From Bacillota bacterium (GTDB lineage Bacteria; Bacillota; Sulfobacillia; JACIYH01): a stretch of 64,000 nucleotides of DNA. The stretch is taken from assembly GCA_014360055.1 (NCBI GenBank), contig JACIYH010000003.1, positions 6,235-70,234 on the forward strand. The letters run 5' to 3'. Below, one piece after another: positions 57,253-64,000 of the stretch. The translations under genes were made by a program, and so were the position numbers. Position 1 is the first letter of the stretch; every line of letters begins with the position of its first letter. The notes under the pieces were generated by a model that made no database searches, was not told the DNA's origin, and saw nothing but the letters and a program-made list of their open reading frames with translations.

Positions 57253-58199
57253 GCCAGAACGGGTGCAAGACGGAAAGCCGGCTGGAGCGCGTACTGCGGG
57301 AGGGCCACTTCGCCGTCACCGCCGAAGTGGGTCCCCCCAAGAGCGCCTCTTCCAAGGGGATATCGCGCCACGCGGCGGCCATCAAGGAGGTGGCCGACGC
57401 CATCAACCTCACCGACAACCAGACTGCCATCGTGCGCCTGTGCAGCCTGGCCGCCGCCGTGCACGTCATGCAGGCCGGCGGGGAACCGGTGATGCAGATC
57501 ACCTGCCGCGACCGCAACCGCATCGCCATCCAGTCCGACCTGCTGGGCGCCTACAGCCTGGGCGTGCGCAACGTGCTCTGCCTGACGGGGGACCACATCA
57601 GCTTCGGCAACCACCCCCAGGCCCGCACCGTTTACGACCTGGATTCGGTGCAGCTGGTGAAGCTGGTGCGCGACATGCGGGAGAACCGCCGCTTCCAGAA
57701 CGGCGAGGAGATCAAGGTGGCCCCGCCACGCTTCTTCATCGGCGCCGCGGAGAATCCCTTCGCCGACCCGGTGGAGTTCCGCGCCCTGCGCCTGGGTAAG
57801 AAGGTCAAGGCGGGCGCCGACTTCATCCAGACCCAGGCCGTGTTCGACATCGACCGCTTCGCCCGCTTCATGCAGGTGGTGCGGGACATGGGCCTGGACG
57901 AGCAGGTATTCATCCTGGCCGGCATCGTCCCCACCCGGTCGGCCAGGGCCCTCGAGCGCACCGCCACCGTGCCCGGCATGGTGGTGCCCCAGGAACTGAT
58001 CGACCGCATGAAGGGAGCGGCCGACCAGGAGAAGGAAGGCGTGGCCATCGCCGTGGAGCTGATCTCGCGCCTGCGGGAGATCCCGGGGGTGCGCGGCGTG
58101 CACATCATGGCCATCGCCTGGGAGGAAATCGTCCCCGAAATCGTCAGGGAGGCCGGCCTGCTCCCCCGTCCCCGCCTGGAGGTCCCCACCCCCGCCTAA
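57249..58199 (+). CDS. metF: 5,10-methylenetetrahydrofolate reductase
   Basis: MTHFR TIM barrel (FAVTAEVGPPKS; ITCRDRN; FDIDRF). It overlaps metV by 4 nt. Confidence 0.9.
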   Translation: MSQNGCKTESRLERVLREGHFAVTAEVGPPKSASSKGISRHAAAIKEVADAINLTDNQTAIVRLCSLAAAVHVMQAGGEPVMQITCRDRNRIAIQSDLLGAYSLGVRNVLCLTGDHISFGNHPQARTVYDLDSVQLVKLVRDMRENRRFQNGEEIKVAPPRFFIGAAENPFADPVEFRALRLGKKVKAGADFIQTQAVFDIDRFARFMQVVRDMGLDEQVFILAGIVPTRSARALERTATVPGMVVPQELIDRMKGAADQEKEGVAIAVELISRLREIPGVRGVHIMAIAWEEIVPEIVREAGLLPRPRLEVPTPA

Positions 58200-58287
58200 C
58201 GCCGCCCCGTCCCGACCCCCGCTCCAGCCTCGCACGGACGCGGGAACCCCTCACCAACCCCCGGGAGCCTTCCGGTCGGGGTGCGGA

Positions 58288-58479
58288 TTATACCATGCGG
58301 ATGGCCTTGAGCGGGCAGGTGACGGCGCACTTGGCGCACCCCCGGCACATGGCCACCTGATAGGGTACTTCGTAAGGGCTGTCCTGCCTGAGGATGCGGT
58401 TGGGGCAGGCCTGCGCCGCCAGGCAGACGCCCCCCTGGCAGAAAGCTGCGTTGCACCTGGCCGGGTCAACTACCGCCAT
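58288..58479 (-). CDS. Small 2x[4Fe-4S] ferredoxin
   Basis: MAVVDPARCNAAFCQGGVCLAAQACP and CRGCAKCAVTCP. The start is at 58479; the longer 58491 start is less likely because an upstream ORF is coupled to it. Confidence 0.7.
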   Translation of the reverse strand: MAVVDPARCNAAFCQGGVCLAAQACPNRILRQDSPYEVPYQVAMCRGCAKCAVTCPLKAIRMV

Positions 58480-58640
58480 CGGCTTGGGCATTCCTATGCG
58501 CCTCCCGGGCTCTCGCCAGCTGTTCCTCCAGTTCTTCCAACTCGATCAACATGGCCGGCCGCACCGAGTGGCGCGGCAGACGGCGCTTCAATTCCTCGAT
58601 CGCCGCCTGCAGGCGGGCGATCTCATCCTCCCCGCTCATG
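58467..58640 (-). CDS. Small coiled-coil protein (57 aa), translationally coupled to the ferredoxin
   Basis: Manual translation gives MSGEDEIARLQAAIEELKRRLPRHSVRPAMLIELEELEEQLARAREAHRNAQADGGS. Its stop overlaps the ferredoxin start (ATGGCGGTAGTTGA). It is below the ORF-track size cutoff. Confidence 0.45.
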
Positions 58641-58791
58641 CTATACCCCCAGGGGTATTATACCTCCTGGTGGCCGCCCGGTAAACTGCTGAAACCAAAA
58701 CGCCGCCGGCGGTGGCCCGGCATCTTGCCAGGGGCAGATAAAACCAGCAAGATGTATGATGATAAGTAAATGGCTTGGAGGGATTGCGCTG

Positions 58792-59043
58792 ATGTCCGAC
58801 ATGGTAGTGGAAACGGTGCACCTGGGGTCTCGCTGCCAGATGGTACTTCCCGCTCGGATCAGGAAGGCCCTCGGCCTGCGGGAAGGGGACGAAGTTCTGG
58901 TCAGGAAGAGCGGCGACGTGGTCGTAATAGTGCCCAAGCCAGCAAGTTACGCTCGGCAGTTGCGCGGCCTGCACCGGGAGGTGTGGGTGGGTGTGGATCC
59001 CGACCAGTACGTTCGCGAGGAGCGGGCATCGTGGGAGGGCTAG
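58792..59043 (+). CDS. AbrB/MazE/SpoVT-family swapped-hairpin antitoxin
   Basis: VHLGSRCQMVLPARIRKALGLREGDEVLV matches the SpoVT_AbrB domain. RBS GGAGGG and a TATGAT -10 lie upstream. Confidence 0.65.
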   Translation: MSDMVVETVHLGSRCQMVLPARIRKALGLREGDEVLVRKSGDVVVIVPKPASYARQLRGLHREVWVGVDPDQYVREERASWEG

Positions 59044-59298
59044 CCGAAAGGTTGAGGGAGCACACCCTTGTGGCACTCGATACCAACTGCCTGGTGTACT
59101 ACCTAGAGGATCATCTGCGCGCCGTCGCCTGTTCACCTGGCTGTCGCCTGGTCTCTTGCAACTATTACCGGGAACCTGCTGAGATTGTTGACTATCTTGC
59201 TTGCTGCCACCAAGCCCAACCTCGAAGTCGCGGCCGTCACCCTTGAGATCGCCGTCCGCTGTGCTGAGATACGTGCCAGCCATCGGCGGGGGCGGTAG
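59040..59298 (+). pseudogene. PIN-domain (VapC-like) toxin remnant, frameshifted and truncated
   Basis: In frame A the N-terminus reads LVALDTNCLVYYLEDH (a PIN hallmark), but PIN-like continuation (AVTLEIAVRCAEIRAS) appears only in the +1 frame and ends at 59298. The total PIN-like length is under 90 aa, against about 130 expected. Confidence 0.5.
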
Positions 59299-59424
59299 GG
59301 CTGGCGGCAGGGTCGCGGCGGGGCAGGGCCGGGCTGGGGCGCGGATGGCAGGGCAGGGGGATGGTAGGGCAGGGGGTTGCGGGAAGAGAGCCGGTGTGGT
59401 AGTTTAGGGGAGACAACGGAATAT

Positions 59425-59584
59425 CTCCCGGGTGCCCCCTTCCAGGGGAGAATAGGGAAGTTCGGTGTGAATCCGACGCGGTCCCGCCACTGTGACCGGG
59501 GAGCCCTCCTCGAGAGCCACTGCCCGCAAGGGTGGGAAGGAGAGGAAGGGTGACGATCCGGAAGCCAGGAGACCTGCCCGGGAG
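59425..59584 (+). promoter_or_regulatory. Cobalamin (AdoCbl) riboswitch
   Basis: P1 helix CTCCCGGG (59425-32) pairs with CCCGGGAG (59577-84). Conserved cores are present: GGGAAG, GGTGTGAATCC, the B12 box CCCGCCACTGTGACC, GGGAAGGAG and GCCAGGAGACCTGCCC. Confidence 0.9.
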
Positions 59585-59639
59585 AATGTGCGTACCAGCC
59601 TTCGCGAGAAAGGCGGGTGCGTGTCGATGGGTTTCAGGA

Positions 59640-59668
59640 CCCCCGGCCCGCCCGCCGGGGGTTTTCTC
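59640..59668 (+). terminator. Intrinsic terminator of the riboswitch expression platform (CCCCCGGC/GCCGGGGG stem, loop CCGCCC, then TTTTCT)
   Basis: Read directly from the sequence. Confidence 0.7.
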
Positions 59669-59959
59669 GTGGGTGGAGGCGGAGGGTGGTTGAGCCGTCC
59701 TGCTCCAGGCAGGGAGCGCGGCCCCCGCCCCGTTCGCCAGCCCGCATCCCCCGGAAGGTGGGTACGCACGCAGGGCGCGGTACCACCTTCTTCCGGGGGA
59801 GGGAACGGCATGGAGAAGTGGAGAGGCGGAGGTAGCGGTACGGTCGGGGTGCGCCGGCTCACCGGCGCACACGCGGCACGCAGGGCGCGCGGCGTCACCG
59901 TTGCGTGCCGGGCTCGCGGGGTGCCTCGGCCCGGGGGCGCGAGCCGGGTGCCTGTGGGG

Positions 59960-60880
59960 ATGGTCGCTGTCCTGGCAGTCCTGGCGGTGGCGCTGGTGCT
60001 TGGTGGCTGCGCGTGGGTGGGCAGGTCCGCGGAGGACCGCGGCGCCGGGGCACCGCAGCCCTGGTTGAAGATGGAGGATTGGGCCGGGCGCGAGGTGGTG
60101 CTGGGCCACCGCCCCGAGCGCATCGTCTCGTTTGCCCCCTCGAACACGGAGATCCTGTTCGCCCTGGGTGCGGGGGACCGGGTGGTGGGGGTGACCGACT
60201 TCTGCAACTACCCGGAGGAAGCGAAGACCCGCACGCGCCTGGGTGGGGCCCTAAACCCCAACCTGGAGAAGCTGACGGCCCTGCAGCCGGACCTGGTGCT
60301 GTGCATCGGGGGGATGGACCAGTTCCTGGCCAAGTTGGGCGAGTTGGGCATCCCGGCGTTCGTGGTGCAGCCCACGGATTTGCAGGACGTGCTCCGTTCC
60401 GTTGAGGTCATCGGGCGCCTGGTGGGTGAGGAGCAGCGGGCCCGTGACCTGGTAGCAGACCTGCGCGGGCGGCTGGGCCGGCTGCAGGAGGCCCTGGCTG
60501 CTGTACCGGCCGATAAGCGGGTGCGCGTCTTCTACGAGGTGTGGCACGATCCCCTCATGACGGCGGGGCCCGGGAGCTTCATCCACGACGCCTTGGTGGC
60601 GGCGGGCGGGGTCAACGTGGCGGCGGATGCCCCCAAGCCGTTTTGCGAGTACAGCCTCGAGAGCCTGATCCAGAAGGATCCCCAGGCCATCGTTACCACG
60701 ATGCCCGAGAGCTACGAAGCGCTGAAGTCGAAAAAGCGGCCCGGCTGGGAGAAGGTGACGGCGGTCAGGGAAGGGCGCATTCTCCTCCTGGACCCCGACC
60801 TCATCACCAGGCCGGGGCCGCGGCTCGTGGAGGCGATCGAGCAGTTGGCGCGTTTTCTCTATCCGGATGTGGTGCGGTGA
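59960..60880 (+). CDS. btuF: Cobalamin/corrinoid ABC transporter substrate-binding lipoprotein (BtuF/TroA-like)
   Basis: Lipoprotein signal MVAVLAVLAVALVLGGC, then a class III SBP fold (RIVSFAPSNTEILFALG...VVGVTDFCNYPEE). The start is ambiguous (59951 GTG, 59960 ATG, or further upstream). The long upstream ORF is riboswitch leader. Confidence 0.8.
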   Translation: MVAVLAVLAVALVLGGCAWVGRSAEDRGAGAPQPWLKMEDWAGREVVLGHRPERIVSFAPSNTEILFALGAGDRVVGVTDFCNYPEEAKTRTRLGGALNPNLEKLTALQPDLVLCIGGMDQFLAKLGELGIPAFVVQPTDLQDVLRSVEVIGRLVGEEQRARDLVADLRGRLGRLQEALAAVPADKRVRVFYEVWHDPLMTAGPGSFIHDALVAAGGVNVAADAPKPFCEYSLESLIQKDPQAIVTTMPESYEALKSKKRPGWEKVTAVREGRILLLDPDLITRPGPRLVEAIEQLARFLYPDVVR

Positions 60881-60884
60881 GAGG

Positions 60885-61919
60885 ATGGGCCGCGTATTGA
60901 AAGCGGGGGGCGCCGGACGGTGGCTCATTCCCGCGCTCGGCATCCTCCTGGTGGGGTGCTGGGTGCTGGGGATGGGGTTGGGAAGCGTGGGGATACCCCC
61001 CGGGGAGGTGCTCCGCATCCTGGCCGCGGGTCCGGAAGCCACCGGCCCGAACGCGGACATCGTCTGGCGCCTGCGGGGTCCCCGCGTGCTCATGGGGACC
61101 GTGGTGGGGGCGGCCCTGGCCACCGGGGGCGCCACCCTGCAGGGGCTCTTCCGGAACCCCCTGGCCGATCCCTACCTCCTGGGGGTGTCGGCGGGGGCGG
61201 CGGTGGGGGCGGCTCTGGCCATGATCGGCGGGGCGGCGCGCTGGGCGGGGATGGCGGCTGTCCCCGCCTTCGCCTTCGCGGGAGGGCTGCTCACGGTGTG
61301 GGGGGTCTGGCAACTCTCCCGGGCGGGGGGCAGGGGTTCCACGGTGTCCCTCCTCCTGGCCGGGGTGGCGGTCTCCGCGGTGCTCTCGGCCCTGCTTTCG
61401 TTCCTTCTCCTCGTGAGCGGACACATGCTGGACCGCATCGTGGTGTGGCTGATGGGGAACCTGGGGGGGCGGTCCTGGTCCCAGGCGGGGTGGGTGGCGG
61501 CCTACGGCCTGGTGGGCGGGCTGGTCATGTGGCGGTACCGGCGGGAACTGGACGCCCTGGCGCTGGGTGAGGAGGCGGCCCTCAGCCTGGGGGTGGAGGT
61601 ACCGGTGGTGAAGAGGAACCTGCTCGTGGCTGCTTCTCTGGCGGCGGCTGCCGCGGTGGCCATGACGGGGGTGATCGGTTTCGTCGGTCTGATGGTGCCA
61701 CACCTGGTAAGGTTGGTGGCCGGACCCGGCCACGGGCGGCTGCTGCCGGCCTCCGCCCTCGGGGGCGCCTGCCTGCTGGTACTGTCCGACACGCTGGCCC
61801 GCTGCCTGCTGCCTCCCTGGGAGATTCCGGTGGGAGTGATCACCGCGCTCACGGGGGGGCCGTTCTTCCTGTATCTACTGTGGCGCCACCAGCGCGCGGG
61901 ATGGGAGGCAAAGCCATGA
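60885..61919 (+). CDS. btuC: FecCD-family ABC permease (BtuC-like)
   Basis: 10-TM FecCD profile (NPLADPYLLGVSAGAAVGAAL; GVITALTGGPFFLYLL). Confidence 0.85.
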   Translation: MGRVLKAGGAGRWLIPALGILLVGCWVLGMGLGSVGIPPGEVLRILAAGPEATGPNADIVWRLRGPRVLMGTVVGAALATGGATLQGLFRNPLADPYLLGVSAGAAVGAALAMIGGAARWAGMAAVPAFAFAGGLLTVWGVWQLSRAGGRGSTVSLLLAGVAVSAVLSALLSFLLLVSGHMLDRIVVWLMGNLGGRSWSQAGWVAAYGLVGGLVMWRYRRELDALALGEEAALSLGVEVPVVKRNLLVAASLAAAAAVAMTGVIGFVGLMVPHLVRLVAGPGHGRLLPASALGGACLLVLSDTLARCLLPPWEIPVGVITALTGGPFFLYLLWRHQRAGWEAKP

Positions 61920-62800
61920 TCTCACACCTCGGCCCCAGGGAAGCCGCCCCGCGGACCGTCCAACTGAGGGTGGATGGGCTGGCCTGCGGCTACGGCAACG
62001 GGCTGGTTCTGCGGGGGGTGAGCTTCACCCTAGAGCGGGGCTCGTTCACCGGGGTACTGGGACCCAATGGTTCGGGCAAGACCACCCTGCTGCGGGTCCT
62101 GTGCCGGGTGCTGGTACCGCGGAGGGGCTACGTGCTCCTGGACGGCCATGACCTGTCCCGGTTCCCCCGTCGGGAACTGGCCCGGCGCGTGGCCATGGTA
62201 GGCCCGGATTGGCGACCCCAGTTCGAGTTCACCGTGGCCGAGGTGGTGGCCCTGGGGCGTATTCCCCACCTGGGCCCCTGGTCCGGGGAGAGTCCCGCCG
62301 ACCGGCGGGCCGTGGAGCGGGCCCTCGAGCTTACGGGCACCGGAGCCCTGGCCGGACGGCTCCTGGGCAGCCTGAGTGAGGGGGAAAGGCAGCGGGTGAT
62401 GATCGCCCGCGCCCTGGCCCAGGAACCCTCTTTGCTCTTGCTCGATGAGCCCACCTCCCACCTGGACATCTCCCACCAGGTGCAGGTGCTGTCGCTCCTG
62501 CACGGGCTGACCCGGGGCGGCGTCGGCGGGGGGGGCCTGACCGTGCTGGCGGTGATGCACGACCTCAACCTGGCCGCCGCCTGGTGTGACCGTCTCCTGC
62601 TCCTGCATGAGGGCCGGGTGTTCGCGGCCGGGTCCCCTGAAGAAGTACTCACGCCGGAGGTGATCCGGCGCGTGTACGGAGGGGAGGTACTGGTGCTCAG
62701 AAACCCGGTGTGCGGCTCTCCCTACGTGGTACCCGCCCTGGCCGCCCGTAGCCGGGAGATCACCGCTGCGTCGGGGGCGAGGAGTTCCCGGGTCGGGTGA
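61916..62800 (+). CDS. btuD: ABC transporter ATP-binding protein (BtuD/FecE-like)
   Basis: Walker A GPNGSGKTT, LSEGERQRVMIARAL and LLLDEPTSHLD. The ATG overlaps the btuC stop (ATGA). Confidence 0.85.
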   Translation: MISHLGPREAAPRTVQLRVDGLACGYGNGLVLRGVSFTLERGSFTGVLGPNGSGKTTLLRVLCRVLVPRRGYVLLDGHDLSRFPRRELARRVAMVGPDWRPQFEFTVAEVVALGRIPHLGPWSGESPADRRAVERALELTGTGALAGRLLGSLSEGERQRVMIARALAQEPSLLLLDEPTSHLDISHQVQVLSLLHGLTRGGVGGGGLTVLAVMHDLNLAAAWCDRLLLLHEGRVFAAGSPEEVLTPEVIRRVYGGEVLVLRNPVCGSPYVVPALAARSREITAASGARSSRVG

Positions 62801-63987
62801 GCAAAGAGGTATCCCTGGGCCAGGTCCACGCCCGCGCCCAGCAGGGTGTCCAGTTCGGAAGGGTGTTCCACCCCCTCGGCCACCGTGGTGCATCCCAGGC
62901 GGCGGGCCAGTTGGGTCAGGGTCTCCACGATGACCCGGCGGGCCGGGTCCCGGTGGCAGTTGCCCACCAGGTGCCCGTCGATCTTCACATAGTCCGGTTG
63001 CAACTCTACCAGGGTACGCAGGCTGGAGTATCCCGATCCCACGTCGTCGAGGGCCACCCCCAGGCCGTGGGCACGTGCCACCTCCACGGCACGGCGCAGG
63101 CGTTCCAGGTCGGGTGCCGTAGACCGCTCGGTGAGCTCGAGGGTTAGCTGCTCGGGTTCCAGGCCGGCCCCTGCCAGCAGGTCCCCCAGCCTTTGCAGGT
63201 CATAGGCGGGATCGCCCAGCACGCGCGGGTCCACGTTCAGAAAGAGCCCCAGTTGACCCAGGCGCCCGCGCACCCCGGCTATGGCCTGCCGGTGGCACAA
63301 CTCCTCCAGGCGGACGAGCAGCCCGTACTTCTGGGCCAGGTGGAAGAGGGTGAGGGGTTCCCGCCAGCGGCTCCCTTCCGGCCCCCGGGACAGCGCCTCG
63401 TACCCCACCGTACGCCCGTCCGCCAGGGAGACGATGGGCTGGTACACGCTGTAGATCTGGCCCTGCTCCAGGATGGCCAGCATCTCCTGCCGGGAGAGGA
63501 AGTCCTCCAGGCCCATATCGGACTTGGCCATGAGGACGGCCTCTTTCATGGCCTCGTAGATGAGGCGTTCCATGCGGCCTTCAGACCCGGCCCGGATCTC
63601 GGCGTAACCCAGGTGAACGGTGAGCTTGCGGTCGAGGGGCAGGTCACACGCGGCCGCGTTCAGCCGCGCCTCCAGCAGTTCGTGCAGTTGCTCCAGGTGG
63701 GGGCCGAGCTGGCGCTTTTCGCCGGGATTGGGGAAAAAGAGCAGGAAATCGTCTCCACCGGTGGTACAGGGGACGATGCCCGTAGCCCTCCCCAGCCGGA
63801 GGCCGGTGTGGGTCAGCACCCGGCCCAGGGCGTCCAGCACGGAGTCAGCCGTCCTGGTTCCGTAACTTTCCTGCACGGACGAGAAATCGACCAGATCCAC
63901 GAACACCAGCCCCAGTGTCCGGTGGCGACGGGCGATCTTGGCGAGACGCGGGATGACTTCGGCCAGAGCAGGAACCCGCACACGCAA
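62722..63987 (-). CDS. GGDEF (degenerate GGDDF) plus EAL domain protein, likely a c-di-GMP phosphodiesterase
   Basis: LVFVDLVDFSSVQESYG and TGGDDF (GGDEF domain with D for E), and the EAL motif YEALSR with the downstream DDVGSGYSSL. The start is near the window edge (TTG at 63987 or GTG at 63981, after GGGGAGG). Confidence 0.8.
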   Translation of the reverse strand: MRVRVPALAEVIPRLAKIARRHRTLGLVFVDLVDFSSVQESYGTRTADSVLDALGRVLTHTGLRLGRATGIVPCTTGGDDFLLFFPNPGEKRQLGPHLEQLHELLEARLNAAACDLPLDRKLTVHLGYAEIRAGSEGRMERLIYEAMKEAVLMAKSDMGLEDFLSRQEMLAILEQGQIYSVYQPIVSLADGRTVGYEALSRGPEGSRWREPLTLFHLAQKYGLLVRLEELCHRQAIAGVRGRLGQLGLFLNVDPRVLGDPAYDLQRLGDLLAGAGLEPEQLTLELTERSTAPDLERLRRAVEVARAHGLGVALDDVGSGYSSLRTLVELQPDYVKIDGHLVGNCHRDPARRVIVETLTQLARRLGCTTVAEGVEHPSELDTLLGAGVDLAQGYLFAHPTRELLAPDAAVISRLRAARAGTT

Positions 63988-64000
63988 ACCTCCCCGCGGG

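Noticed and set aside
59492-59950. N-terminal 150 aa of the btuF ORF
   Set aside because: It covers the cobalamin riboswitch and its terminator. It is RNA leader, not protein.
62797-63147. 116-aa plus-strand ORF after btuD
   Set aside because: Antisense to the EAL domain coding region.

Overview
This window is high-GC (about 68-70%) bacterial DNA. The gene content and GC level resemble a Firmicutes-like thermophilic acetogen or syntroph, but this is a guess from the sequence alone.

Nearly all of the window is protein-coding. I found no rRNA, tRNA, CRISPR array, transposase or integrase.

The dominant feature is a complete Wood-Ljungdahl supercluster at about 38.7-58.2 kb on the plus strand. 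The genes are tightly spaced or overlapping, so it looks like one long, translationally coupled operon. In order it encodes:
- a small unknown ORF;
- acsD (CFeSP small subunit);
- acsA/cooS (CODH);
- acsB (acetyl-CoA synthase);
- acsC (CFeSP large subunit);
- acsE (methyltransferase);
- a DUF3786-like protein;
- cooC/acsF (Ni-insertion ATPase);
- acsV/RACo (reductive activator of CFeSP);
- hdrC, hdrB and a giant 1497-aa hdrA-like flavoprotein with an embedded GltD/NfnB-like NAD(P)H module;
- mvhD, metV and metF (the methylene-THF reductase complex).

Downstream of that cluster are:
- a convergent small ferredoxin operon;
- an AbrB/MazE-like antitoxin next to a frameshifted PIN toxin remnant;
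- a clear cobalamin riboswitch with its own intrinsic terminator, driving a btuFCD-type corrinoid ABC importer;
- a GGDEF-EAL protein.

Upstream of the cluster are:
- a partial GT4 glycosyltransferase, a SufR-like regulator and a JAMM/MPN protein on the minus strand;
- a threonine-dehydratase-like PLP enzyme;
- etfB and etfA, followed by a membrane-anchored FeS/CCG oxidoreductase (a putative Etf:menaquinone oxidoreductase);
- an orphan oppD/oppF ATPase pair, a GPH-family MFS transporter and a protein with only the PEP-utilizer N-domain;
- a DUF151 bifunctional nuclease, greA, lysS, a MATE exporter, a saccharopine-dehydrogenase-like protein and a glnQPH-type amino-acid ABC system;
- nadE, a HAD hydrolase, a DinG-like helicase divergent from an ImuB-like (probably inactive) Y-family polymerase whose promoter contains a degenerate LexA (Cheo-like) box;
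- an MFS exporter, tldD/pmbA, an alpha/beta hydrolase, an HD-GYP protein and an intact vapBC pair.

The features I would look at first are:
- a roughly 205-nt candidate structured RNA with a consensus sigma-A promoter and an intrinsic terminator, sitting immediately upstream of the acs operon;
- a strongly coding small ORF, followed by 3.5 tandem 22-bp repeats, leading into acsD;
- the HdrA-GltD fusion;
- recurring GGGTGCA-centred palindromes in acs intergenic regions.

The opposite strand carries many long ORFs; these are GC-content artefacts.
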